Origin: an uncultured Verrucomicrobiae bacterium
GTDB taxonomy: Bacteria > Verrucomicrobiota > Verrucomicrobiia > Palsa-1439
Reading direction: 5' to 3'
Assembly: GCA_963812605.1 (NCBI GenBank)
Contig: CAWEWF010000014.1
Coordinates: forward strand, 192,001-256,000
DNA: 64,000 nt
Below are positions 1-9,902 of this stretch, piece by piece. The translations under genes and the position numbers were made by a program. Every line of letters begins with the position of its first letter. The stretch's first letter is position 1. The notes under the pieces are model-generated. The model searched no databases. It was not told where the DNA came from and saw only the letters and a program-made list of their open reading frames with translations.

Positions 1-58
1 GCTTGCGGCGCTTGTGCTTGTTGATCTTCTGCTTGCGTCGTTTCTTCAGCGAGCCCAT
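1..58 (-). CDS. Small basic protein, bS22/AURKAIP1-COX24 (mS38-like) family; runs off the window edge
   Basis: Reverse complement from ATG at 58 reads MGSLKKRRKQKINKHKRRK..., preceded by AAGGAGG RBS; resembles MGSVIKKRRKRMSKKKHRK of bS22. Not in the ORF track. Confidence 0.85.
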   Translation of the reverse strand, partial: MGSLKKRRKQKINKHKRRK

Positions 59-101
59 CCGGGCCTCCTTGTTGTTTGCGGCATCAGTCCTCGGGTCAAA
101 T

Positions 102-992
102 TCAGTAAATCACCTTGTTCAACGGATACTCAATGATACCCTCTGCGCCCGCGTCTTTCAACTGCGGGATGATCTCGCGCACCGTTTTCTCATCAATAAT
201 CGTCTCCACCGCCACCCAGTCCTCGCGCGAAAGCGCTGACACCGTCGGATTGCGCAGGGCGGGCAATTCCTTCAACAAGGTCGCGAGCTTCGCGCGCGGC
301 ACGTTCATCTTCAAGCCGACCTTCTCCTCCGCTGCCAGCGCGCCCCGCAGCATGAGCGCAATGGTCTCGATTTTCTTGCGCTTCCACTTGTCGGCCCACG
401 CCTCGTTGTTGGCGATGAGTTGGGGGTAGCTGGAGACGACGGTCTCGACAATCCGCAGGTTGTTCGCTTTCAGCGATGAACCTGTTTCCGTCAATTCGAC
501 GATCGCATCCACCAACTCCGGCGCCTTTACCTCGGTCGCACCCCAGGAGAATTCCACTTCCGCGGTCACCCCGTTTTTTTTCAGCCAACGCCGCGTCATC
601 TCGACCAACTCGGTGGCAATTCGCCTGCCCTGCAAATCCTTCACGGATTTGATGGGCGAATCATTCGGCACGGCCAGCACCCAGCGCGCGGGATTCGTGG
701 TCTGCTTGCTGTAGGCAATCTCGCCGACTACATGCACGTCGCTGTCGTTCTCGGCAATCCAGTCCGCACCCGTTAGACCGACATCGAGGAATCCATGTTC
801 AACGTAACGGCTGATTTCCTGGGCGCGGATAAGCCGCAATTCCAATTCCACGTCATCGGTTCGTGGCACGTAACTGCGGCTGCCGGTGGAAATCTTCCAG
901 CCCGCTTTCGCCATCAAAGTCATGGTCGATTCCTGCAAGCTGCCTTTTGGCAACCCGAATCGCAATACCTGTTTCGTTGTCTTCTCGCTCAT
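102..992 (-). CDS. hisG: ATP phosphoribosyltransferase (long form)
   Basis: [33 protein letters not shown] motifs; C-terminal regulatory domain. Confidence 0.97.
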   Translation of the reverse strand: MSEKTTKQVLRFGLPKGSLQESTMTLMAKAGWKISTGSRSYVPRTDDVELELRLIRAQEISRYVEHGFLDVGLTGADWIAENDSDVHVVGEIAYSKQTTNPARWVLAVPNDSPIKSVKDLQGRRIATELVEMTRRWLKKNGVTAEVEFSWGATEVKAPELVDAIVELTETGSSLKANNLRIVETVVSSYPQLIANNEAWADKWKRKKIETIALMLRGALAAEEKVGLKMNVPRAKLATLLKELPALRNPTVSALSREDWVAVETIIDEKTVREIIPQLKDAGAEGIIEYPLNKVIY

Positions 993-1615
993 GTTTCAAT
1001 AATCCTGACCGTCCGCCCGTCGATCTCCAATTTTCCCTCGGCGAAGAGCCGTATCGCCTCGGGATAAATCTGGTGCTCCGCCAACTGGATCCGCTCGTGC
1101 AATGATTCGGGCGTGTCGTTGTCGAGCACCGCCACTTCCCGCTGGAGGATGATCGGTCCGGAATCGACCCCTTCCTCCACAAAATGCACCGTGCAACCCG
1201 TGACCTTCACGCCGCTCTTCAGCGCCTGCTCCCACGCGCGCAACCCGGGGAAGGCGGGCAACAACGACGGATGCACGTTGAGCATCCGCCCGGTAAACGC
1301 CTGCAACAGCGGCGACTTCACCACGCGCAGGTAACCCGCCAGCGCGACCAATTGCACCCCGGCCTCGCGCAGCATCCGCGCCGCGTGTTCTTCCAACTCG
1401 GGTTCCAGCTTCGTCTTGAACCGGCTCGGCCCGATAAAGCGCGCCTCGATCCCGTGTTTCCGTGCCCGCTCCTGGATAAACGCGTCGGCAACGTCCGTGA
1501 GTACCAACACCACGCGCCCGGGAATCCTCCCGCGCGCGCACGCCTCGAAAATCGCCTCGCCGTTGGAGCCGTTGCCCGAGCCAAGCACCCCGATGCGGAA
1601 ATCGCCGCCACTCAC
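989..1615 (-). CDS. purN: Phosphoribosylglycinamide formyltransferase
   Basis: [39 protein letters not shown] motifs. Confidence 0.97.
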   Translation of the reverse strand: MSGGDFRIGVLGSGNGSNGEAIFEACARGRIPGRVVLVLTDVADAFIQERARKHGIEARFIGPSRFKTKLEPELEEHAARMLREAGVQLVALAGYLRVVKSPLLQAFTGRMLNVHPSLLPAFPGLRAWEQALKSGVKVTGCTVHFVEEGVDSGPIILQREVAVLDNDTPESLHERIQLAEHQIYPEAIRLFAEGKLEIDGRTVRIIET

Positions 1616-1692
1616 ACAAAGTTTCTAATCGAAGCCCCCCGAAAACACAAGCGCTGATGCGACCACGCCGCCCGTTCCAATTGCTTGACTGG

Positions 1693-2529
1693 CTATGGTA
1701 CGAGGCGCACGCGGTAATAGCGGATCGGGGCGTTGGTCGCGCCGCCCGGATCGAGGTAGTTGGTGGTCGTGAAGTCGCCGCCCTTCGGGATGATGATGGG
1801 GCTGAGGTCGGTAAAGTTACTGGAGTAGCTGCCAGATGTCCCGGTCGTCGCCTGGACGACATTGGTCTCGCCGCCCACTGTTTGCCAGGTAATGAGGAGG
1901 TCATTGGCTTGCCTCGTGATGCTGGTGATGTTGAAGAGGCCCGGGACCGGCGCAGGCGTCACGTAATACGCATTCGTCTGCAGGCCGGAGCCGTAATGAT
2001 CGCCGGTGAAATAGACCTCGCCTCCCAGGCCGATCAACAGTCGCATCGGCCCGGGAAAGGCAACCGTGCCAAAGGCCTCGATGCCCGGGTCGTAGGTGGC
2101 GTTGCTAATATTCAAACTGGGCCAGACCACGAATTCCATATAGTAGTTGTTTCCCTTCCGCGGAATATTCGACAGCTCGCCCGGATTATTGAAGTTGAAA
2201 AACCCGCCGTCATCCGTTTCGGTTGGCATCCAGTAGCCATGACGGATGCGATCCAACGTCAAGGTGACGTCGATGGAACCCGTATAAGCCAGCGCACTGA
2301 AATTATACACTTGGATATCATTCGTCTGGCCGACGGGGTCGTAGACGACGCCGGCATTCGTGGGGACATTGGCGATGGCCTGCGCGACGGAGGCATTGCT
2401 GTGGGTCGAGTTGTTCGGGAAAGTTCCGAAGTTGACCGGCGTGGCCCCGGTGGGCACAGCGAAGGCGACCGTCGAAGCGAGCGCCAGCATGCCTATCCAG
2501 CGGTGACGTGCGTTCATTCGTGTGAGCAT
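1693..2529 (-). CDS. Secreted protein: guanyl-specific ribonuclease (RNase Sa/barnase-like) domain plus C-terminal beta-rich domain
   Basis: Signal peptide; TLDRI...DDGGFFNFNN...YYMEFVV...MRLLIG..GEVYFTGDHY parallels RNase Sa; C-terminus ...TNYLDPGGATNAPIRYYRVRLVP. Confidence 0.75.
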   Translation of the reverse strand: MLTRMNARHRWIGMLALASTVAFAVPTGATPVNFGTFPNNSTHSNASVAQAIANVPTNAGVVYDPVGQTNDIQVYNFSALAYTGSIDVTLTLDRIRHGYWMPTETDDGGFFNFNNPGELSNIPRKGNNYYMEFVVWPSLNISNATYDPGIEAFGTVAFPGPMRLLIGLGGEVYFTGDHYGSGLQTNAYYVTPAPVPGLFNITSITRQANDLLITWQTVGGETNVVQATTGTSGSYSSNFTDLSPIIIPKGGDFTTTNYLDPGGATNAPIRYYRVRLVP

Positions 2530-2674
2530 GTTTCAAATGCCTCCTGACATTCCTCAAAAAATACCGCCAGCATTGTGCTGCGACTCCGGAAAGAGAGTAG
2601 ACCAGAGCATCGCCGGGAAGTACAGTAAATATGGGCTTCCCAAGCTTACGGCCTTCTCCAAGCTGCGTTTCCGC

Positions 2675-3079
2675 CTATCGCTTTTTCCCTTCCGCCTTCA
2701 CGTTCACCGTGCCTGTCTGCGTGAACGAATACTGCGGGGTGTTGAAGCGGGAGCAATTGATGTCGTAGCGGATCTGGACGGTGCCGTCCTCCAGGGCGGC
2801 GAAGGTAACATCGTTAAAGTCGTTGGGGTCAAACGGAACGCCGTTGGCGAATGCAAATTCTGCCAGCTCCTTAAGCGTCTGCGGCCAGCGGCCAACCGAC
2901 AGCTGGAATGCTTTCGTGGCGGTGACGAGTTGTTTGACTTTGACGCGGGCGAAGTCCACGACGACCGCATTCTTGTGCTTGTAGTCATTGAGGGCAGATC
3001 GATAGGCCTTTTCGCGGGGCGACGCGCAGGCGACAAGGTTCAGAGCCAGCAGACCGACGAGTACCCATCGCGCGCGCAC
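2675..3079 (-). CDS. Hypothetical lipoprotein
   Basis: Hydrophobic N-terminus with LVAC lipobox; GRWPQTLKEL segment. Confidence 0.7.
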   Translation of the reverse strand: MRARWVLVGLLALNLVACASPREKAYRSALNDYKHKNAVVVDFARVKVKQLVTATKAFQLSVGRWPQTLKELAEFAFANGVPFDPNDFNDVTFAALEDGTVQIRYDINCSRFNTPQYSFTQTGTVNVKAEGKKR

Positions 3080-3080
3080 G

Positions 3081-3578
3081 TTAGCACCCGGCTTTGCGAA
3101 TCTTCGCGATCAGCCGGGTGGTCGAAAAACCCTTCACGAAGGGCAGGATGTGGACCTTGGAACCAATCGCCGTGAGCACGGCCCGCTCGCGCGCATCCAA
3201 TGTATCGGGCCGGTAATCGCCTCCCTTGACATAAATGTCGGGTTGGATGGCTCCCAGGAAGCGATGCGCCCGTCTTTCGGGGAAAATGACGACGGCATCG
3301 ACGCACGCCAGGGCGGCGATGACTTTCGCGCGCTGCTGTTCCGGGACGAGCGGACGACCATGGCCTTTGAGTTGGTGGACCGATCGATCGCCATTGAGCC
3401 CAACGACGAGGAGGTCCCCGAGCTTCCTCGCGCGCTGGAGATAGCTGACGTGTCCAAAGTGCAGCAGATCAAAACACCCGTTCGTGGCGACAATTTTTTC
3501 GCCGCGACGGCGCGCGCGGGCGGCCCAACGGGCCGCTTGCGGCAAGGTCAAAACTTTGGGAGAGGGCGCGTTAGGCAT
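3081..3578 (-). CDS. D-glycero-beta-D-manno-heptose 1-phosphate adenylyltransferase (RfaE domain II)
   Basis: TNGCFDLLHFGHVSYL, VGLNGD, KGGDY, GFSTT; start placed at MPNAP (3578). Confidence 0.92.
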   Translation of the reverse strand: MPNAPSPKVLTLPQAARWAARARRRGEKIVATNGCFDLLHFGHVSYLQRARKLGDLLVVGLNGDRSVHQLKGHGRPLVPEQQRAKVIAALACVDAVVIFPERRAHRFLGAIQPDIYVKGGDYRPDTLDARERAVLTAIGSKVHILPFVKGFSTTRLIAKIRKAGC

Positions 3579-3734
3579 TGGTTTTTGGGCTTGATTCCGT
3601 GTTGCGCTCTGACATGATGACCTTGTGTGAGAATGGCTCACCCGAAGAAGGTCGGTCAAGGGTGATTTTTAGGTGGCGGGCCGCTGTGAATGCCGAGAGC
3701 AGCGGCCTTTGCTCTAGGGGTCAACTAGGAGGTT

Positions 3735-5251
3735 ATGGAAGAACTGCATTTGGTAGGAACGATAGTTTATTTTACCGTGCTTGTGTGTCTGTCGTGTTAC
3801 GGCCTCCACCGCTATTGGATGATTTTCCTGTACCTTCGCCACCGCCGGGAAGTGCCCCGCCGGTTGGACACTTCGCCGAGTTGCCGAAGGTGACCGTGCA
3901 GTTGCCGCTGTACAATGAGATGTACGTCGCCGACCGGTTGCTCGACGCGGTTGCGGCGTTGGATTACCCGCAGGACAAGCTCGAAGTGCAGGTGCTGGAC
4001 GATTCGACTGACGAAACGACCGGCATTGTTGCCCGCAAAGTCGCGCAACTGCGCGAGCGCGGCTTCGAGGTTTACCACATCCATCGCGCGAACCGCCTCG
4101 GCTACAAAGCGGGCGCGCTGGAGAACGGCCTGCACCAGGCCGCGGGCGAGTTCATTGCGATCTTCGACGCCGACTTCGTTCCGCAACCCGACCTGTTTCA
4201 GAAAACGATCCATTACTTTTCGGACCCGAACATCGGCATGGTCCAAACGCGTTGGGGCCATCTCAACGAGCAATACTCGTTGCTGACAAAAATCCAATCG
4301 ATGTTGCTGGACGGGCATTTCCTCATCGAGCAGACCGCGCGTGCCCGCTCGGGAAGGTTCTTCAATTTCAACGGCACCGCCGGCATCTGGCGGCGGACGT
4401 GTATCCAAACCTCAGGCGGCTGGCAACACGATACCCTGGCCGAGGACCTCGACCTCAGCTATCGCGCGCAGATCAAAGGTTGGCGGTTTTTGTTTCTGCC
4501 GGGCATCGTGACGCCTGCGGAGTTGCCCATTGAGATGAACGCCTTTAAGTCGCAGCAGCACCGCTGGGCGAAAGGCTCGATCCAGACGAGTAAAAAAGTG
4601 TTGCCGCTGCTCTGGCGGAGTGATCTGCCGCTGAAGATCAAATTCGAAGGCACCGTGCACCTGACCAGCAACTACGGCTACCTCGCGCTGTTGGTGCTCT
4701 GTCTGTGTTTTCATTCCTCCGCCGCGGCGGGGACGAATCACGCCACGGGCGGGAATCCCTGGACGAAGCTCTTTCTCGTGGATCTGCCATTGTTCATTGC
4801 CGGGTCGGTTTCCATCAGCGCGTTTTATTTCTGCGCGCAACGCGAGTTGCATGCGCAATGGTGGAAACGGCTGGTCTATCTGCCCGTGTTGATGGCGGTG
4901 GGCGTGGGTCTCACCATCAACAACGCGCGCGCGGTGCTCGAAGCGATGTTCAATCATCGCAGCGAGTTCATTCGCACGCCGAAGTACGGAACGTTACGGC
5001 GCGGGCAAACGCGGTCCCGTGGCAAGTACCACGCCTTGCGCGGACTGGTTCCATTTATCGAACTCGCCTTCGGCCTGTACTTCAGTTACCTCGTCGTGCA
5101 GGGCATCGACGCCAGTCAATGGATGTTTGTCCCTTTCGCGATGGTCTTTCAGGCCGGATTTCTCTACGTCGGCCTGATGTCGCTCCTGCAAACCACCGTC
5201 CGCGCGATGCGACAGATGGAAGAACCGACGTTGGCCGTTGCCGGCGCGTAA
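3735..5251 (+). CDS. Processive GT2 glycosyltransferase (cellulose synthase-like, CslA-type), one frameshift near 3856
   Basis: AGGAGG RBS then MEELHLVG...YGLHRYW joins, via a missing C in a C-run, the frame with VQLPLYNE, LDDSTD, KAGAL, FDADF, LAEDLDL, QQHRWAKG and C-terminal TMs. Confidence 0.9.
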
Positions 5252-5461
5252 TCGGCCCTCACTCGGGACTTCTTCATGCCAAACTCCCTGGCGTTGCAAC
5301 TTCATGGCTTGCGTCAGGAGATGGCCGTCAACACTGAGGACATCGTGCGCAGCGCGGAAGCAGTCGCCGCCAGCGCGCGGTATTTACGCGAACTCTGACC
5401 GATCCCGGGTGAATGTTTCCTTGCCATCGGCTGACGAAGCGGCAAGAATCTGTGCACGCGA

Positions 5462-6280
5462 ATGGAGCCACTTGGCATTATTGCAGGAAACGGCGATTTT
5501 CCCCTGATCCTGGCCCGCTCGGCGCGTCAACTTGGTGGCGGGCGGACCGTCGCGGCGGCGTTCGAGGGGGAAACGAAGCCGGAAATTGACGACGCGGTCG
5601 ACGAGGTTGAATGGATCAAGCTTGGCCAACTCAACAAGCTGATCGAAGTCTTCACTTCACGCCGCGTGAAGCGCGCCGTAATGGCGGGCGGCATTACGCC
5701 CTCGAATCTTTTCAAGAACCTGCGGCTTGATCTGCGCATGACGACCGTCGCCTTGCGCCTCAAGGAACGCAATGCCGAGACGATCTTTGGCGCGATCGCC
5801 GCCGAGATGGCGAAGGACGGCGTCGAACTCATCGACCCGCGTCCATTCCTCGGCGACTCCGTCCCGCAGCCCGGTGTGCTCACCCGTCACAAGCCGGACA
5901 AGGACCAGCGGGCCGATGTTGAATTCGGACTGAAGATCGGCAGGGCCGTCAGCGGGCTCAATATCGGCCAGACGGTCGTCGTCAAGAAGGGCACGGTGCT
6001 GGCGGTGGAAGGTTTTGAGGGCACGGACGAGTGCATCCGCCGCGGCGGCGCACTGGCGGGCGAGAAGGGCGGCGCGGTGGTCGTCAAGGTCAGCAAAGCG
6101 CAACACGATTTTCGGTTCGATATCCCGTGCCTCGGGGAGAAAACGGTCGAGTCATGCCGCGCGGGAAAGATTTCTGTGTTCGCGATGGAAGCGGGCCGAA
6201 GCCTGCTGCTCGACAAGGACAAGTTGCTACAGGCCGCGAACGAAATGGGGTTGTGCCTGGTGGCGGTGCCTTCCGCATGA
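5462..6280 (+). CDS. lpxI: UDP-2,3-diacylglucosamine pyrophosphatase, LpxI family
   Basis: LGIIAGNGDFP, IGQTVVV, AVEGFEGTD, QHDFRFDIP; adjacent to lpxB. Confidence 0.9.
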   Translation: MEPLGIIAGNGDFPLILARSARQLGGGRTVAAAFEGETKPEIDDAVDEVEWIKLGQLNKLIEVFTSRRVKRAVMAGGITPSNLFKNLRLDLRMTTVALRLKERNAETIFGAIAAEMAKDGVELIDPRPFLGDSVPQPGVLTRHKPDKDQRADVEFGLKIGRAVSGLNIGQTVVVKKGTVLAVEGFEGTDECIRRGGALAGEKGGAVVVKVSKAQHDFRFDIPCLGEKTVESCRAGKISVFAMEAGRSLLLDKDKLLQAANEMGLCLVAVPSA

Positions 6281-7302
6281 GCGATATCCTCAAAGTCGGC
6301 GTGGTAGGGGTCGGGCAGCTGGGCTCGCAACACGCGCGCATTTATTCCGAGTTGGCCAAGCGTTCCAACGGCCTATATTCGTTCGTCGGCGTGTTTGATA
6401 CTGATAACATTCGCGTGCGGGCGCTTACGGAAAAGGTCGGTGGCGGCGCGTTCGAGAGCGCGGTGGAGCTGGCGAACTTTGCGGACGCGGTCAGCGTGGC
6501 CACGCCCACGGAGACGCATTACAAGGTCGCGCGCGTATTTCTGGAGCGCGGCAAGCACGTGCTGGTGGAGAAACCGATCACCGACAGCCTCAGCGAAGCC
6601 GAAGAACTCGTCGCGCTGGCGCGGAAGAACAAGTGCGTGTTCCAGGTTGGCCACGTCGAGCGCTTCAACCCGGTCATGCGTTACTTGAATGAAGTGCTGG
6701 AAGAAGCGCGCTTCATCGAAGTGCACCGCCTCTCGCCGTACCCGGGCCGCTCGACGGACATAGGCGTCGTGCTCGATTTGATGATTCACGACCTCGATGT
6801 GGTCTTGTCGCTGGTGAAATCGCCGCTGGTGTCTGTCGATGCGGTCGGCATCCCCGTGCTCAGCGCAAGCGAAGATATTGCCAATGTGCGATTGAAATTC
6901 GCCAACGGCTGCGTGGCCAATATCACCGCCAGCCGTGTATCGGCGGAAAAGATGCGGAAAATCCGGGTATTCGGACGCACCGCGCACGGCGCCGCCTACG
7001 TGTCGCTCGATTACATGAAACAGGAGGGCGAGAGTTATCGGGTCGCCGCCGAAGATGCGCAGGAATCCGGTTTGCTGAAGAAACTGCTGGCGGGCAAGCA
7101 CGCGAGCATTGTCAGCGAATTCGCGGGCAGAAAAATCGTTCGCGAACCGGTCCCCATTGAACGCGACGAGCCGCTCAAACTGGAGTTACAACATTTCCTC
7201 GACGCGATCCGTTTCCACCGCGACCCGCTGGTCACCGGCGAAGCCGCCAAACAGGCCCTCGAAGTGGCGATGGAGATCACCGAGCAGATTTCCCACGCCT
7301 AG
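6277..7302 (+). CDS. Gfo/Idh/MocA oxidoreductase, GnnA-like
   Basis: GVGQLG, HVLVEKP, VGHVERFNP, DLMIHDLD; ATGA overlap with lpxI. Confidence 0.88.
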   Translation: MSDILKVGVVGVGQLGSQHARIYSELAKRSNGLYSFVGVFDTDNIRVRALTEKVGGGAFESAVELANFADAVSVATPTETHYKVARVFLERGKHVLVEKPITDSLSEAEELVALARKNKCVFQVGHVERFNPVMRYLNEVLEEARFIEVHRLSPYPGRSTDIGVVLDLMIHDLDVVLSLVKSPLVSVDAVGIPVLSASEDIANVRLKFANGCVANITASRVSAEKMRKIRVFGRTAHGAAYVSLDYMKQEGESYRVAAEDAQESGLLKKLLAGKHASIVSEFAGRKIVREPVPIERDEPLKLELQHFLDAIRFHRDPLVTGEAAKQALEVAMEITEQISHA

Positions 7303-7349
7303 CCCCCGAAGGAGGTGGCAATCGCACCGTTCGACCTCGTAGCTCAAGT

Positions 7350-7384
7350 TTCCGTTCCCCTCCTTGGAGGGGCAGGGGTGGGTT
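7350..7384. repeat. Left inverted repeat (REP-like hairpin) of the DUF559 cassette
   Basis: TTCCGTTCCCCTCCTTGGAGGGGCAGGGGTGGGTT; reverse complement closely matches 7798-7834. Confidence 0.85.
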
Positions 7385-7427
7385 CCATCGTTGTCATCAG
7401 CTTCTGATCCCGCTACTATGTTGCGTC

Positions 7428-7892
7428 ATGCGGGATCGGATCATCCCCTATAATCCCGACTTGAAGGAACGCGCTCGCATATTGCGCAAGAATATGACCC
7501 GCGCGGAAGCGTTGCTGTAGACGAAGCTGAACAGAAAGCAAATGTGTGGCTACGACTTCGACCGTCAGCGGCCACTGGACGAGTATATCGTGGATTTTTA
7601 CTGCAAGGAATTGCGTCTGGCGATTGAGATCGATGGCTGGAGTCACGCGCTGAAGGGAGCGCGCGATGTTGAGCGGCAGAGACGACTTGAAGGTCTTGGT
7701 GTGTGGTTCTTAAGGTTCACCGAGCAGGAAGTTGTCGCTGACTTGCAGTCAGTGGCGGATCAGATTGAGATGTGGATTCAACAACAGACCGGAAGGAAAC
7801 CCACCCCTAACCCCTCTGGGGGAGGGGAACGGAAAAGGACGGTACGGAAACACACCCATAGCCCCTGCAAAGGGGAAAAGCGAATGGTATGA
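7428..7892 (+). pseudogene. DUF559 (Vsr-like) endonuclease with in-frame TAG
   Basis: MRDRIIPYNPDLKERARILRKNMTRAEALL*...FDRQRPLDEYIVDFYCKELRLAIEIDG.SH; TAG at 7518-7520 sits where the family has Trp. Confidence 0.85.
7798..7834. repeat. Right inverted repeat of the DUF559 cassette
   Basis: AACCCACCCCTAACCCCTCTGGGGGAGGGGAACGGAA; a degenerate third copy follows at ~7849-7878. Confidence 0.85.
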
Positions 7893-8973
7893 AACCTCGC
7901 TCCCTCATGTTCATTGCCGGTGAAGCCTCGGGCGACGCACATGCGGCGGAACTCATCAAGGCGCTGCGGGCGCAGGCGCCCGAGGTAAAGGTCTTTGGCG
8001 CGGGCGGGCCGAAGATGGAGGCGGCGGGGATGGAGTTGTTGCTGGATCTCACCGAGCATGCGGTGGTCGGCTTGTCGAGGTGCTGAAGAACTATGCCAAG
8101 TTTCGCCGACTTTTCTGGGACCTGGTGCGCGTGGCGGAGAGGCGGCGGCCGGACGCGGTGGTGCTGGTGGATTTTCCGGGGTTTAACCTGCGGTTTGCCG
8201 CGCAGATGAAGCAGCGCGGAATTAAAGTCATCTACTACATCTCGCCGCAGTTGTGGGCCTGGCACGCGAGCCGTGCCAAACAGATTGAGCGCGACGTGGA
8301 CTTGATGCTCTGCATTTTCCCGTTTGAGAAGGACTGGTACGCCAAACACGCACCCAAGTTACGCGTGGAGTTCGTTGGTCATCCTTTTACGGAAAGGATG
8401 AAGACGGAGGACCGAGAGGTGAAGCGGGAAGAGAAACTCGTCCTGCTCTTGCCCGGCAGCCGCGAGCGCGAAGTGGCGAAGATTTTTCCGATCATGGCGG
8501 ACGCGGTCGAACGGATGCCGACGGACGTGAAGTTCGTCGCGGCGGCGGTGAATGAGTCCTCAGCGGCGATGATGAAGCACTCGCGCATCACGGTGGAAGC
8601 TGGCAATGCGCACGAATGGATGCGGCGGGCCACGTTGGCGATCACCGCCAGTGGGACGGCCACGATGGAATGCGCGTTCTACGGCTGTCCGATGATCGTG
8701 GTCTACAAAGTGAACTGGCTGACGTATCTCATTGGCCGCCTGGTTGTGCAGGTGGACTGGCTCGGCATGCCCAACGTGATTGCCGGCCGCGAAATCGTGC
8801 CGGAGTTTCTCCAGCACGACGCGAAACCCGAGCGCATCGCCGCCGTAGCGCGTGAGTTATTGGAGAACAACGCAAAACGCGAAGCAATGCAGCGAGAATT
8901 GGCAACAGTTGTTGGAAGTCTCGGCGGAACTGGCGCCAGCGAGCGCGCTGCTCAACTAATTCTTGCGCGTTAG
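7889..8973 (+). CDS. lpxB: Lipid-A-disaccharide synthase, one frameshift near 8070
   Basis: AGEASGD, VDFPGFN, YYISPQLWAW, FVGHP, LLPGSR, SGTATME; frames join at VVG(L)VEVL. Confidence 0.95.
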
Positions 8974-9855
8974 GAAGAAATCCGCGATGGCGCGGAGCGG
9001 TTCGGCGTTCTTGCCGAAGACGGACAGTTGCTTGTGGGCATCGGCGATGAGGTCGGCGGCGTAGTGCCGCGACTTGTCGAGGCCGAGGACGGTGGGGAAG
9101 GTGGACTTCTTGTTTTTTTCGTCGGCTCGAACGCTCTTGCCCATGATTTCCTTGGTGCTCGTGGCATCGAGAATGTCGTCGATGACCTGAAACGCGACAC
9201 CGAGGTCCTGTCCGTAGCGGGTCAGGCGTTTGAGTTCGGACGGCGTGGCGTTGCCCGCCATCGCGCCCAGGCGGATTGAGGTGGTGATGAGCGCGGCGGT
9301 TTTGTTGCGGTGGGTCGTTTTGACTTCCTCAAGGCTGGCTTGGCGCTCTTCGTTCTCGAGGTCCTGCACCTGTCCCGCGATGAGCCGCAGGCTGCCGGCG
9401 GCCATGGCGAGGTCGCTCACCAACAGTTGCATGGGATAACGCTTGGGCGGCTTGCTTTTGGCGACCATGGCGAACGCCTCGGTCAGCAATGCATCACCGG
9501 CCAGCACCGCGATGCCTTCACCAAAGACCTTATGGTTCGTCGGCTTGCCGCGCCGTAAATCATCATCGTCCATGCTGGGCAGATCGTCGTGAATGAGCGA
9601 GTAGGTATGGATGCATTCAACCGCGCAGGCCAGGGGAATGGCGGTCGCTGATTTGCCACCAACTGCTTCGCAAGCGGCGAGACAGAGAACGGGACGAATC
9701 CGCTTCCCACCCGCAAAGATCGAATAGCGCATCGCCTTGTGGATCGTCGGCGGCGCGGCGGTTTCAGGAGGCAAAAGCTTGTCGAGCGCCGCATCCACGC
9801 GCACGCACAGGCGGTCCAGATACTGATTTAGATTAAACACAACTAGGGATTTCAA
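8956..9855 (-). CDS. ispA: Geranyltranstransferase / polyprenyl synthetase
   Basis: GGKRIRP, HTYSLIHDDLPSMDDDDLRRGKPT, FQVIDDILD. Confidence 0.95.
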   Translation of the reverse strand: MKSLVVFNLNQYLDRLCVRVDAALDKLLPPETAAPPTIHKAMRYSIFAGGKRIRPVLCLAACEAVGGKSATAIPLACAVECIHTYSLIHDDLPSMDDDDLRRGKPTNHKVFGEGIAVLAGDALLTEAFAMVAKSKPPKRYPMQLLVSDLAMAAGSLRLIAGQVQDLENEERQASLEEVKTTHRNKTAALITTSIRLGAMAGNATPSELKRLTRYGQDLGVAFQVIDDILDATSTKEIMGKSVRADEKNKKSTFPTVLGLDKSRHYAADLIADAHKQLSVFGKNAEPLRAIADFFLTRKN

Positions 9856-9902
9856 TCAGGCTCCACGGTTGGCGAGGTATCGTACGGGGCAGGGAGTTTT
9901 TT

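Noticed and set aside
5276-5398. 40-codon ORF MPNSLALQ...YLREL between the GT2 and lpxI
   Set aside because: No RBS or recognisable motif; cannot be supported
7518-7520. TAG reassignment or pyrrolysine readthrough
   Set aside because: TAG terminates many ordinary genes in this window; a TGG-to-TAG change explains it
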